This document shows positions 9,972 to 18,118 of a stretch of 64,000 bases of DNA, one piece after another (position 1 is the stretch's first letter; every line of letters begins with the position of its first letter). The notes beneath the pieces were generated by a model, which worked only from the letters and a program-made list of their open reading frames with translations, was not told the origin of the DNA and ran no database searches. Source of the stretch: Verrucomicrobiota bacterium (GTDB lineage: Bacteria; Verrucomicrobiota; Verrucomicrobiia; Limisphaerales; JACPZS01); the NCBI GenBank assembly GCA_016195385.1, contig JACPZS010000034.1, forward strand, positions 5,885 through 69,884. The letters are read 5' to 3'. A program made the position numbers and the translations under genes.

Positions 9972-10053
9972 GCGAGACGATTAGACGATCGGGCGTGGAG
10001 CGGCAAGCCGAGAAATTGCTGTCGAGAGATCCGATTTCAAAAAAAATCTCCGC

Positions 10054-11427
10054 CTAACGCTCCAGTGGCGCGGCGTTGATTTCCACAGGCGTGCTCTTGC
10101 CGAGTTGCGCCTGACCCTGAATTAAAAAGAAGGGAATTGGACTCATGCTATTCGCCGATTGTCCGGCCACCGCTTGAACGCCAAGTTTTTCATTCGCGGC
10201 CAGGGCATTCGTCGCGGTGAAATTTCCATTGAAGACCACCAATTGATTCAAGCTCCGGTTCGTGCCCGCGACGCGAAAGAAATAAACCTGGTTCGACACT
10301 GGCGCGGCGTACGCAAGATTTAGCTGCGTTCCCGCAGTGGTCTGGATTTGAGGAAGCGCCTCGGCACCCGACTTGCGCTTCTCGCGCAATAGTTTGTCTT
10401 TGCTTTCGCCAGCTTGTGCCACTCCGTTCGCGGCGAAAGTCTGGGAAACGTCCTTTTCCGTGCCGACCAACGCGCCGAGATAGATTGAACCGTCTTCATC
10501 GATGACGCGCAATTGATCGGCGGTTTGTTCGACCGTGAACGAGTTGAGAAAAGCTTGAGAGTTGTTGGCCGCCACTTGCGCGCTTTTTGCTGCTGGCGCC
10601 TGTGGCGCAGCTTTACGCGGCGAACTGTCTGCGACCTTGTCGCTGTCCGCCGGACTTGCCGCCGGGTCTTGCGCTTTGGCCTGAGCCGGTAAAATCAGTC
10701 CGTAGCGAGTCGCTGACTGAGAATTGAAATTCTGATTCTGATAGCGGTTGGCGAGGGAGAGCGCCGGCACCGCGATGGCCAGCGCGCGCGTCGTCGAATT
10801 CGTCGCAGCCAATCCCGCGCGTCGCGCCTCGAGCTTGCCGCCCGCGCCCGCAGCTTCGCCAAGTTCCACTGCGCCAGGCGCAGTTGCGGCGTCCGCGCGC
10901 GCCGCGCCCGGAGCGGCTTGCGAGCCTGGCTTTGCGGCGGTAGCGACGATGATGACGGACGGCGGGTTTGTGTTTGCGCTCGTCTTTTCCGCGAGCGAAC
11001 GAGCGAGCTTCAGATTCGCCGGCGTCTCGCTACCCGGGCGCTTGGCTCGTTGCTCTAACGCATCGGCCTTCTGATCCGAGAGCGACAGCTGGTTGAACTC
11101 CTTCAAGCTTTCGGATTCGGTCGCGGAATTTTTGGTGAGTTTGAACTCGGCGTTTGGCCGCGACGCCGACTGCATGCGGATGAAAATCGTCAAGACGAGC
11201 GCCACGACGAGCGCGCCGCCCACGGCGAATCGTGGCCAAAGCGCAAGCACGGCATTGAGCCACGAAGCTTTCGCGGCCGGCGATTCTTTGCGCAACCGCG
11301 CCACTTCAGCCTGGAGCAGATTGCGCGTGGCCGGATGCGGCTCGAACGGTGCGCCAGCTTCGGCGCGCCGCTTTTGTGCGGCGGCCTTGAGCAGCTCTTC
11401 CATTTTTTTGTTCGGTTCCGACGGCAT
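10054..11427 (-). CDS. putative anti-sigma factor / single-pass membrane protein
   Basis: It starts 6 nt downstream of the ECF sigma gene. It has a short cytoplasmic N-terminus, one TM ('FAVGGALVVALVLTIFI') and a long Ala/Pro-rich extracytoplasmic region. No HxxxCxxC zinc motif is present. The call rests on position and topology only. Confidence 0.5.
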   Translation of the reverse strand: MPSEPNKKMEELLKAAAQKRRAEAGAPFEPHPATRNLLQAEVARLRKESPAAKASWLNAVLALWPRFAVGGALVVALVLTIFIRMQSASRPNAEFKLTKNSATESESLKEFNQLSLSDQKADALEQRAKRPGSETPANLKLARSLAEKTSANTNPPSVIIVATAAKPGSQAAPGAARADAATAPGAVELGEAAGAGGKLEARRAGLAATNSTTRALAIAVPALSLANRYQNQNFNSQSATRYGLILPAQAKAQDPAASPADSDKVADSSPRKAAPQAPAAKSAQVAANNSQAFLNSFTVEQTADQLRVIDEDGSIYLGALVGTEKDVSQTFAANGVAQAGESKDKLLREKRKSGAEALPQIQTTAGTQLNLAYAAPVSNQVYFFRVAGTNRSLNQLVVFNGNFTATNALAANEKLGVQAVAGQSANSMSPIPFFLIQGQAQLGKSTPVEINAAPLER

Positions 11428-11433
11428 AACAAG

Positions 11434-12054
11434 TTAGACGGAGAACGGCGTGGATTTCTCCCGATCAAAATGCGGGCGCAAGATTTCTTCGAGCCGATCT
11501 AGGCAACGGCTCAAGCGCGAGCTGACAGTCTTCGGATTAAGTTGGAGCGTTCGGCCAATTTCTTCGTAGTCCAAATCGCCGAAGTAACGAAGCTCGATAA
11601 TCTCGCGGCAAGGATCGCCGAGCGTCTCGAGCGCATGATGCAACATCGTCGAGCGCTCGCCATTGACGAGTTGCGCGTCCGGTCCCGGCGCGTGGCTGGG
11701 CGGGTCGATGGTCAAGCCGCTTTGTTCGTCCTCGGCCTGCAATGAGATTGTGGTCTGACCGCCACCACGTTTGAGGGCGTACTGGCGTTCGCGGAAATCG
11801 CGCGCTTTGTTCGCCGCGACGCGGAACAGCCACGTTTGAAACTGACTCTGGCCTTGGAACGATTGGATGTTCTTGATGACGCTCAGGAAAGTTTCCTGGC
11901 AAATCTCCTCGGCGTCTTCGCGCGAAAAATCCGCGGCCAGTTGGAAAATGAAGCGCCCGGTGGCGTCATAATGGAGGGAAAAGATTTCATCCCACGCGGC
12001 GGACTCGCCGCGCCGGCAGCGTGACATCAGATCTGATTCCGTGTCGGGACTCAT
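11434..12054 (-). CDS. RNA polymerase ECF-type sigma-70 factor
   Basis: Region 2 reads 'EEICQETFLSVIKNIQSFQGQSQFQTWLFRVAANKARDFRER'. Region 4 reads 'CREIIELRYFGDLDYEEIGRTLQLNPKTVSSRLSRC'. Confidence 0.9.
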   Translation of the reverse strand: MSPDTESDLMSRCRRGESAAWDEIFSLHYDATGRFIFQLAADFSREDAEEICQETFLSVIKNIQSFQGQSQFQTWLFRVAANKARDFRERQYALKRGGGQTTISLQAEDEQSGLTIDPPSHAPGPDAQLVNGERSTMLHHALETLGDPCREIIELRYFGDLDYEEIGRTLQLNPKTVSSRLSRCLDRLEEILRPHFDREKSTPFSV

Positions 12055-12223
12055 CGCCGAAAACTGTACGCCGGGCGACTGCCTTTGGCGAGTGTTTGCT
12101 GCGGAGCTTACTTCGCCGCGTCCGGATTGATTGCTGGAAGAATCTCGACCGCAGCTAGGGGTTCGGTTCGGGGCGTCTTGTTTGCCGGCTCGATCTGAAA
12201 TGAATTCAGCAATCGGCCGAAGG

Positions 12224-12574
12224 TCAGGAAATGCTGGGGAAAAATTTCCGGCCGTGCGACGAGTTCAAGCGCGCCGCGCTGACATCGACTTTGGCGGGTT
12301 TGCCATCAGCGGCCCACAAAATTTTGAATGCGAATTGAACCGAACCGTCGCGCGGCGTGAAGAAAACTTTTTGCGCCTCATCCTCAACAGTGATTCGCCA
12401 ATCCTGCGGCGGGAGAAAATGAAACTCGTTGCGTTCGGTTTTGATGCTGTAGCGCGTGAGCGCGCCGCCTTCCTCCAACACTTGTGACTGCTTGGCCAGG
12501 CTCAGGTGCGGATCGGCCAAGGCAAGACGAGCGATGGTTAGGGCGGGCAGGATGAGTAGGAGTCGTTTGTTCAT
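12224..12574 (-). CDS. small secreted hypothetical protein (last gene of pseudopilin cassette A)
   Basis: This 116-aa ORF has a clear signal peptide, 'MNKRLLLILPALTIARLALA'. It lies 52 nt downstream of, and co-directional with, the 570-aa cassette protein. I recognised no domain. Confidence 0.45.
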   Translation of the reverse strand: MNKRLLLILPALTIARLALADPHLSLAKQSQVLEEGGALTRYSIKTERNEFHFLPPQDWRITVEDEAQKVFFTPRDGSVQFAFKILWAADGKPAKVDVSAARLNSSHGRKFFPSIS

Positions 12575-12626
12575 GGCGGTTAAATGGGATCGGGACTTGC
12601 CGGGAAGTCTGACAGCGAGGCGGGCT

Positions 12627-14339
12627 TCAACTTCCTCTGGTCAATGACCATTGGCCGCGAACGGTCTTGCGCAACTGCGGAGTTGCGGGCGGCAGTTTGG
12701 TCGGGTCCATGAAGTTGAGATCGAACGTCCAGTTCCGCGTCGGCGGGTTGTAAACGCCAATGGTCGATCCCGTTCCGAGCCACGGAGCAGTCGCGTACTG
12801 ACTGTAGTACATGACCACCATCGAGCCGTTGTAAGTGAAGGTGTAACCCGACCAGCTTTCGAGGAAACGCGGAAAATTCTCGACCCCGCCACTGTAATAA
12901 GTGCCATTGGAGGGCACGATCCCACCAAGAAAGGCCGCGTTGACGGTCGTGTTGCCGGCGGTGCGGCTGCCGAGTGCCAAGGCCGAATTTGCATCGCTCC
13001 AACTGGTGGAGAGCACATTGATGGAGTCACCGATCAGTGCTGCGGGCAGAGTGGTTGTAGTGTTTGTCGTGCCCAGGAATCCAGCGGGAGCGTTGTAATG
13101 TCCTTTGACATACATCGGATTCGGCGTGGCTACCGTCAAGCCGAGCGGTGGCAACGTCTGGCCATTGACGACGCGAACGCCGGATTCTGTGCTCCCGGTT
13201 TGAGTTCGCAGGTCCGCCACGTAAATCGAACTGACATCCCGCCCCAAAGACGAGCGCAGGACGGCGTTGGTCGCGCTCCACGTTCGCAATTTACTCACGT
13301 CGATTTCAGTCGTCTTGATGGTTTTGGCTTCGCGGCTGTTGTAAAATGAAACGTTGGTGTTGATAAAAAGGTTGTACTGCGCGGAAGGAATCGCCGTGGC
13401 AAAATTATTGAACAGCCCGCTCTTTACCGTCACGGCGCTATTGGAAACAACGACGATGAGGTCGCACTGATTGTAGAAGCGCTGCTGCCCCATCAGCGAA
13501 GTGGGGCTTTCACCGCTGGGCGGGATGTTGAGAATCGCCTGGACAGATGCGGGCGTGTTGTTGGTTCCGATGGGCAGATTGAGCGACGCGACGCCGGAGT
13601 CGTGTTCGCCGAGGAATGAAATAGTTCCCGGAGTGCGAGTCAACGGGTCCAACGGGCTTTTGCCTTGGATGATCGTGCCGGCGGCGGTCACGTCGGTCTG
13701 GAACGTGAGTGAGGCTTGCGGCTGCAGATAAATGTTGTTGTTGCCGTGGACGCGGCCGGTGACGGTCATGTTCGGGCCGGGGTTGATCTCCAAATCCATC
13801 GAGTAGAAAATCGCGAATTGGAAGATCGGGATGGAGGCGATCTGGAAATCCTGCTGCACGCCGGCGCTAATCGTGTAGGGCGAACCAACTGGGTGCGCGC
13901 TGCTGCTCACAGAATAGGTCGCCGCGTACGCCTGCAAGCCGCTGTATTGGGATTGCAGGGTCGCGAAACCCCACGCCACGGAGTTGTTCACCGTGGTGTG
14001 TCCCGCCGCACCGGAATTGTTCACAAAAGAAAAATTTGCCCAAGTGCTGCTTTCTGAAGTGGTGGGCACCAGGTCTCTGTAAACATTAATGTTGGCAGCC
14101 ACGGTGGCGGCGCCTTGGGTCATGTAATCGTAGTTCATGCGCGCCAGCACTTTTTCCGTGGCGGCTTCCGCGGCGGCAACACAACTGAAGTATTGGTTGT
14201 TACGGGCGGTTAGCTGCGCGCTGTTGGAAGTCCACGTCAGAGCGCCACCGACGATGAGCAGCCCCAGGCCAACGAATCCCATGACCATCATCAAGGCGTA
14301 ACCTTGGGCGGTGCGCGGTTGGGAAAGGAGAATTTTCAT
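12627..14339 (-). CDS. large PilX-N/GspK-like pilus-associated protein (cassette A, gene 3)
   Basis: The N-terminus 'QGYALMMVMGFVGLGLLIVGGALTWTSNSAQLTARNNQY...AEAATEKVL' looks like a PilX_N/GspK-type hydrophobic helix. The rest is an Asn/Thr/Ser-rich, beta-rich body with 'YYSGGVENFPRFLESWSG' near the C-terminus. It begins 3 nt after the upstream pseudopilin gene ends. Confidence 0.6.
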   Translation of the reverse strand: MKILLSQPRTAQGYALMMVMGFVGLGLLIVGGALTWTSNSAQLTARNNQYFSCVAAAEAATEKVLARMNYDYMTQGAATVAANINVYRDLVPTTSESSTWANFSFVNNSGAAGHTTVNNSVAWGFATLQSQYSGLQAYAATYSVSSSAHPVGSPYTISAGVQQDFQIASIPIFQFAIFYSMDLEINPGPNMTVTGRVHGNNNIYLQPQASLTFQTDVTAAGTIIQGKSPLDPLTRTPGTISFLGEHDSGVASLNLPIGTNNTPASVQAILNIPPSGESPTSLMGQQRFYNQCDLIVVVSNSAVTVKSGLFNNFATAIPSAQYNLFINTNVSFYNSREAKTIKTTEIDVSKLRTWSATNAVLRSSLGRDVSSIYVADLRTQTGSTESGVRVVNGQTLPPLGLTVATPNPMYVKGHYNAPAGFLGTTNTTTTLPAALIGDSINVLSTSWSDANSALALGSRTAGNTTVNAAFLGGIVPSNGTYYSGGVENFPRFLESWSGYTFTYNGSMVVMYYSQYATAPWLGTGSTIGVYNPPTRNWTFDLNFMDPTKLPPATPQLRKTVRGQWSLTRGS

Positions 14340-14342
14340 TGC

Positions 14343-14969
14343 TTATTCGAGAACCCGGCGCGTGATTTTGTTGCGTAGCTCATAATAATCGAAGTAGTTG
14401 CTCGGCCCGATGATGTAGATCGGGAACTCGATTTGATAGAACTGGAGATCCATGGCGATTACGCGGTTGTTCTGATCGTTGGTGGTAACACTGCCTCGGA
14501 AATCTTCGGCTCGAAAGACGAGGTTGTTGGTGATGAAGTGGGCGACCACGTTCACGGTGGAGGAACCGTTGGTGGTGCGTTTGAGCTTGCTGTCAGTCGA
14601 GTCCCAGAAATAGCGGATGAAGTTGTTTGTATTCGTGGTCGCATAGACCTGCAGCGAGTTGCCGATTTGTGCCGTATTGGTCGGAGTCGGCGTAAAAGAG
14701 CTTAGTCCGCCGGTGCCGACTTTCACAATTTTGGCGGTGCGAATTTCAGAGATAAGCAGGCTGATCGCCTGGCGCGCATCGTCGCTTGCGCCGAGCTTGG
14801 CCTTGGTGATTTCAAACATGCGCACGCCAAAGAGCTGGGCGTAAAGCAAGCCCGCGATGAACATGAACAGAATGGCCATCGAGACCATGATTTCCACCAG
14901 GGTGAAAGCGTGGGTAAACACCTTCCGATGCTCAATTAACCGGCAAGTGATTATGGCGTTCGTTTTCAT
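14343..14969 (-). CDS. prepilin-type N-terminal cleavage/methylation domain protein (PilW/GspJ-like pseudopilin; cassette A, gene 2)
   Basis: It has the class III signal motif 'HAFTLVEIMVSMAILFMFIAGLL'. I chose the ATG at 14969 (MKTNAI...), which overlaps the upstream stop as TAATG. 'ARQAISLLISEIRTA' parallels cassette B gene 2. Confidence 0.75.
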   Translation of the reverse strand: MKTNAIITCRLIEHRKVFTHAFTLVEIMVSMAILFMFIAGLLYAQLFGVRMFEITKAKLGASDDARQAISLLISEIRTAKIVKVGTGGLSSFTPTPTNTAQIGNSLQVYATTNTNNFIRYFWDSTDSKLKRTTNGSSTVNVVAHFITNNLVFRAEDFRGSVTTNDQNNRVIAMDLQFYQIEFPIYIIGPSNYFDYYELRNKITRRVLE

Positions 14970-15418
14970 TAGTCCACGCTGCGATAGGTGGCGACAGTGT
15001 TCGTGAACAATCCTCGGCTCATGAACTTCCACACGCAATCCACCTGCACCATCCTCAGCTGGGGCGCGGTCGAGATTGTGGTAATCGTGGTGAAGTTAGT
15101 GGCGTAAACGATGTTCGTGCCGGAACGCGGTATGTCGAGAGTGTTGATGGAGACCGGAAAATTTACACCGATCAATTCGTCCACGGCGGGACTCCCGTCC
15201 GGATCCCACTTGGTGGCGCGGGTTTGTTCGAGGCGTTGCATCGCCAGTGAGTGCGCGGCCAGCGAATAGGCCGACCACTCGGCTCGTTGAGCGGAAATAA
15301 CATAGCCGTTGACGATGGCTCCCATCGAAAGCGCGGCGATCGACATTGCGATCGTCACTTCCACCAACGTGAAAGCCTTTGTGCCGTGACCCGGCTTGCT
15401 GGATTTGAAAATGTTCAT
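14969..15418 (-). CDS. prepilin-type N-terminal cleavage/methylation domain protein (PilV/GspI-like pseudopilin; cassette A, gene 1)
   Basis: The motif 'GTKAFTLVEVTIAMSIAALSMGAIV' is followed by 'LAMQRLEQTRATKW' and a C-terminal 'MVQVDCVW' strand, which resembles GspI/PilV. Confidence 0.75.
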   Translation of the reverse strand: MNIFKSSKPGHGTKAFTLVEVTIAMSIAALSMGAIVNGYVISAQRAEWSAYSLAAHSLAMQRLEQTRATKWDPDGSPAVDELIGVNFPVSINTLDIPRSGTNIVYATNFTTITTISTAPQLRMVQVDCVWKFMSRGLFTNTVATYRSVD

Positions 15419-15476
15419 CGCGGCAGAAATCTGTTCTTCATCAATCGTGGCAAGCCCTTAGCCGACACAGTGCGTT

Positions 15477-15492
15477 AGCAACAAGTTTGCCA
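15477..15492 (-). promoter_or_regulatory. candidate sigma-54 (-24/-12) promoter for cassette A
   Basis: The minus strand reads TGGCAA-ACTTG-TTGCT, against the consensus TGGCAC-N5-TTGCW. GG and GC have the correct 10-nt spacing. The -12 element lies about 58 nt upstream of the cassette A ATG (15418). Confidence 0.4.
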
Positions 15493-15760
15493 GTGAGGAA
15501 TTACGGCTATGTGACATGCATGCTGGCCGTGAAGTGTAAAAGATTGGGACAGCGGGTGTCTCAAATCGGTACATCGCGGCCGAGCAACTTAGAAAAATTT
15601 CAGTGTTGAAATATCCGAAAGGTCATGAAGAGCACCGCGATCAGTCAGTTAGATTCCTATCGCATGCAGTCATTTTGCAGGTCAACTCACTCGCTGTGCT
15701 GTTGAAGTGGACCAGCTTAAATGTATTTCAGTTTGCATCCGTCCATTACGGCAAGAACTT

Positions 15761-15776
15761 CGGCATTCGATTTGCT
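15761..15776 (+). promoter_or_regulatory. candidate sigma-54 (-24/-12) promoter for cassette B
   Basis: The plus strand reads cGGCAT-TCGAT-TTGCT with correct GG-N10-GC spacing. It ends 15 nt before the ATG at 15792, which implies a very short leader. Confidence 0.35.
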
Positions 15777-15791
15777 AGGTCATTCGTTTGA

Positions 15792-16292
15792 ATGAAATTT
15801 AAGCACGGGGCAATTCGATGCGATGACGACAGTCCCGCTTTACGGTGCGGCTTCGTCCGCCAGCAGGCATTCACGCTTATCGATGTGATGATGGCGATGC
15901 TGGTCATTGGACTCGCGATCATCTCGCTGCAGGCGGGCATTTCCTGTGGCTTCATGACCGTGGACGCGTCGCGGGAAACATTGCGTGCGACGCAGGTCAT
16001 GCTGGAAAAGCTGGAGACCGTGCGTCTGTATTCGTGGAGCCAGCTTAACACCGCCGGCTTTATGCCGACCAATTTTACCGCCCCCTTTAATCCTTCTACC
16101 AACGCCACGGGCGGCTTCAATTATCAGGGAACGCTTTCGATCAACAATGCCTCGTCGGTTTCGGAAACCTACAGCAACGACCTTAAAGAAGTCATCGTCA
16201 CGGTCACATGGACGAATTTGAATATCCTCCGGACTCGCACGATGAGCACTTTCGTCTCTCAATATGGTCTTCAGAACTACATCTACTACTAA
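15792..16292 (+). CDS. prepilin-type N-terminal cleavage/methylation domain protein (PilV/GspI-like pseudopilin; cassette B, gene 1)
   Basis: It has 'QQAFTLIDVMMAMLVIGLAIISL', then 'MLEKLETVRLYSW' and the C-terminal 'VIVTVTWTN', which parallels cassette A gene 1. The 26-aa leader is long, so the start is uncertain. Confidence 0.7.
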   Translation: MKFKHGAIRCDDDSPALRCGFVRQQAFTLIDVMMAMLVIGLAIISLQAGISCGFMTVDASRETLRATQVMLEKLETVRLYSWSQLNTAGFMPTNFTAPFNPSTNATGGFNYQGTLSINNASSVSETYSNDLKEVIVTVTWTNLNILRTRTMSTFVSQYGLQNYIYY

Positions 16293-16809
16293 GAAGTCAG
16301 CTAAGGCGGGTTTCACGTTGGTGGAATTGATGACCGCCTCGGGTGTTGGCACGCTGGTTATCACCGCGACTGGCGCGCTCCTGTTCTTCTGTCTGCGAAG
16401 TTTTGTCGCGCTGACGAACTACGTCGATCTGGAAAATTCCAGTCGCAATGCTCTCGACACCATGTCCGCCGAAATTCGGCAGGCCAATAATCTGGCATCG
16501 TTCAATTCAACGAATTTGACGCTGACCGACTATGATGGGGTATTGTTACAATATAATTACAATCCCACAGCCGGAACTCTTTCGCGCATCAAGAATGGGC
16601 AAACCAAAGCATTGCTCTCCGGTTGCGATGCGCTCACGTTCGGTATTTTTCAGCGCAATCCGACCAACAACTATAATGTCGTGACGACGACGAATGCGTC
16701 GTTGTGCAAGCTCATTCAATTAAACTGGACATGTTCCCGGAGCATCTTTGCCGCAAAGGTGAACACGGAATGCGTTCAGTCGGCGAAAATTGTGATTCGC
16801 AAACAATAA
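16264..16809 (+). CDS. prepilin-type N-terminal cleavage/methylation domain protein (PilW/GspJ-like pseudopilin; cassette B, gene 2)
   Basis: The canonical 'KAGFTLVELMTASGVGTLVI' is followed by 'SRNALDTMSAEIRQA'. It overlaps the upstream gene by 29 nt. Confidence 0.75.
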   Translation: MVFRTTSTTKKSAKAGFTLVELMTASGVGTLVITATGALLFFCLRSFVALTNYVDLENSSRNALDTMSAEIRQANNLASFNSTNLTLTDYDGVLLQYNYNPTAGTLSRIKNGQTKALLSGCDALTFGIFQRNPTNNYNVVTTTNASLCKLIQLNWTCSRSIFAAKVNTECVQSAKIVIRKQ

Positions 16810-16813
16810 CCTT

Positions 16814-18118
16814 ATGAAAATATCGCACTCTCATCAGCGGGGCAACGTGCTCTTAACTGTGTTGGCCACGACCGGCATCATCGGCATAAGCTTGGCGAGC
16901 TATCTGACACTCACTTCGAGTCAGAATGCCAACCTGATGCGAGCGCAATCTTGGAATGCGGCGATTCCCTTGGCCGAGTCGGGCATTGAAGAGGCGCTGA
17001 CGCAACTCTATTACAACGGAGGATCGAATCTAGCCGTCAATGGCTGGTCCTATAGCTCCGGTGCTTATTCGAAGCGGCGAAGTTTTGGAGCGAACTACGT
17101 TGTTGCGCAAATCTCCTCCAATGCCAACCCGACCATCACTGTCCAGGGATTCGTTCAGATGCCGACGTCCACTAATTATATTTCCCGCCGCGTGCAAGTT
17201 GGCACGCTGGCGGACGGAATGTTCATGCGAGCGATGCTGGCGAAGAATTCCATCGATCTCAACGGGAACAACATCGCCACCGATAGTTTTGATTCGACTG
17301 ATCCGAATTACAGCACCGGCGGCATGTACGATCCCGCCAAAACTAAAGACAATGGTGATGTGGCGACCAACTCCGGGTTGGTGAATTCACTGAACGTCGG
17401 CAATGCCGATATTTATGGGCATGTCGCTACCGGCCCCGGTGGCAGCATTAGCGTTGGGCCGAATGGCGCCGTGGGTGCCGCCGCTTGGATCGCCGCAGGC
17501 AACCATGGGATCGAACCCGGCTGGTCGCGTAACGACATGAACATGAACTTTCCCGACGTCCAGGCACCGTTCGCGGGCGGAGCATTTACTCCCTCCGGTG
17601 GCAATTACACGGGCACAAATTATACCTATTTGCTTACCGCTGGAAACTATGCGATCGATTCGATCAGCATGAGTGGCACAAAAAAAATGCTGGTGACAGG
17701 AAACGCGATCCTCTGGATATACAGCAGTTTTTCGATGGCCGGTCAGACACAAATCATTCTGGCGCCAGGCGCCACTTTGAAAATGTACGTGGGAAATACG
17801 ACTGGTTCCGGTGCGAGCGCCAGTCTTGGTGGCAACGGCATCGTCAATCCTGGAAACGCAATGAATTTTCAGTACTTCGGCATGCCCAGCAACACCAGCC
17901 TTAGCTACAGCGGCAACGCCGCCTTTACGGGAACGGTGTACGCCCCCAATGCGAATTTCTCCCTCGGAGGCGGCGGAAACAACATTTATGATTTCGTCGG
18001 CGCGAGCGTTACCTCCACGGTCAGCATGAACGGACATTTCCATTTTCACTACGATGAAAATCTCGGGCGCATCGGCCCGCGACGAGGATACATCGTCACG
18101 TCGTGGAATGAGATTTAA
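16814..18118 (+). CDS. PilX-N-like large pilus-associated protein (cassette B, gene 3)
   Basis: The N-terminus 'RGNVLLTVLATTGIIGISLASYLTLTSSQNANLMRAQSW..AESGIEEALTQL' is PilX_N-like. The C-terminus has the Gly/Asn-rich repeat 'FTGTVYAPNANFSLGGGGN...GHFHFHYDENL', as seen in TadG/PilX-type tip proteins. Confidence 0.6.
   Translation: MKISHSHQRGNVLLTVLATTGIIGISLASYLTLTSSQNANLMRAQSWNAAIPLAESGIEEALTQLYYNGGSNLAVNGWSYSSGAYSKRRSFGANYVVAQISSNANPTITVQGFVQMPTSTNYISRRVQVGTLADGMFMRAMLAKNSIDLNGNNIATDSFDSTDPNYSTGGMYDPAKTKDNGDVATNSGLVNSLNVGNADIYGHVATGPGGSISVGPNGAVGAAAWIAAGNHGIEPGWSRNDMNMNFPDVQAPFAGGAFTPSGGNYTGTNYTYLLTAGNYAIDSISMSGTKKMLVTGNAILWIYSSFSMAGQTQIILAPGATLKMYVGNTTGSGASASLGGNGIVNPGNAMNFQYFGMPSNTSLSYSGNAAFTGTVYAPNANFSLGGGGNNIYDFVGASVTSTVSMNGHFHFHYDENLGRIGPRRGYIVTSWNEI

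Noticed and set aside
15448-15463. Additional weaker sigma-54-like matches. TGGCAAGCCCTTAGC lies on the plus strand at 15448-15462, 329 nt from cassette B. TGGCAACTTGATTGA lies at 51464-51478, just before tolQ.
   Set aside because: Each breaks the conserved -12 TTGC box (TAGC in one, TTGA in the other). Their positions are also less convincing, so I did not call them.
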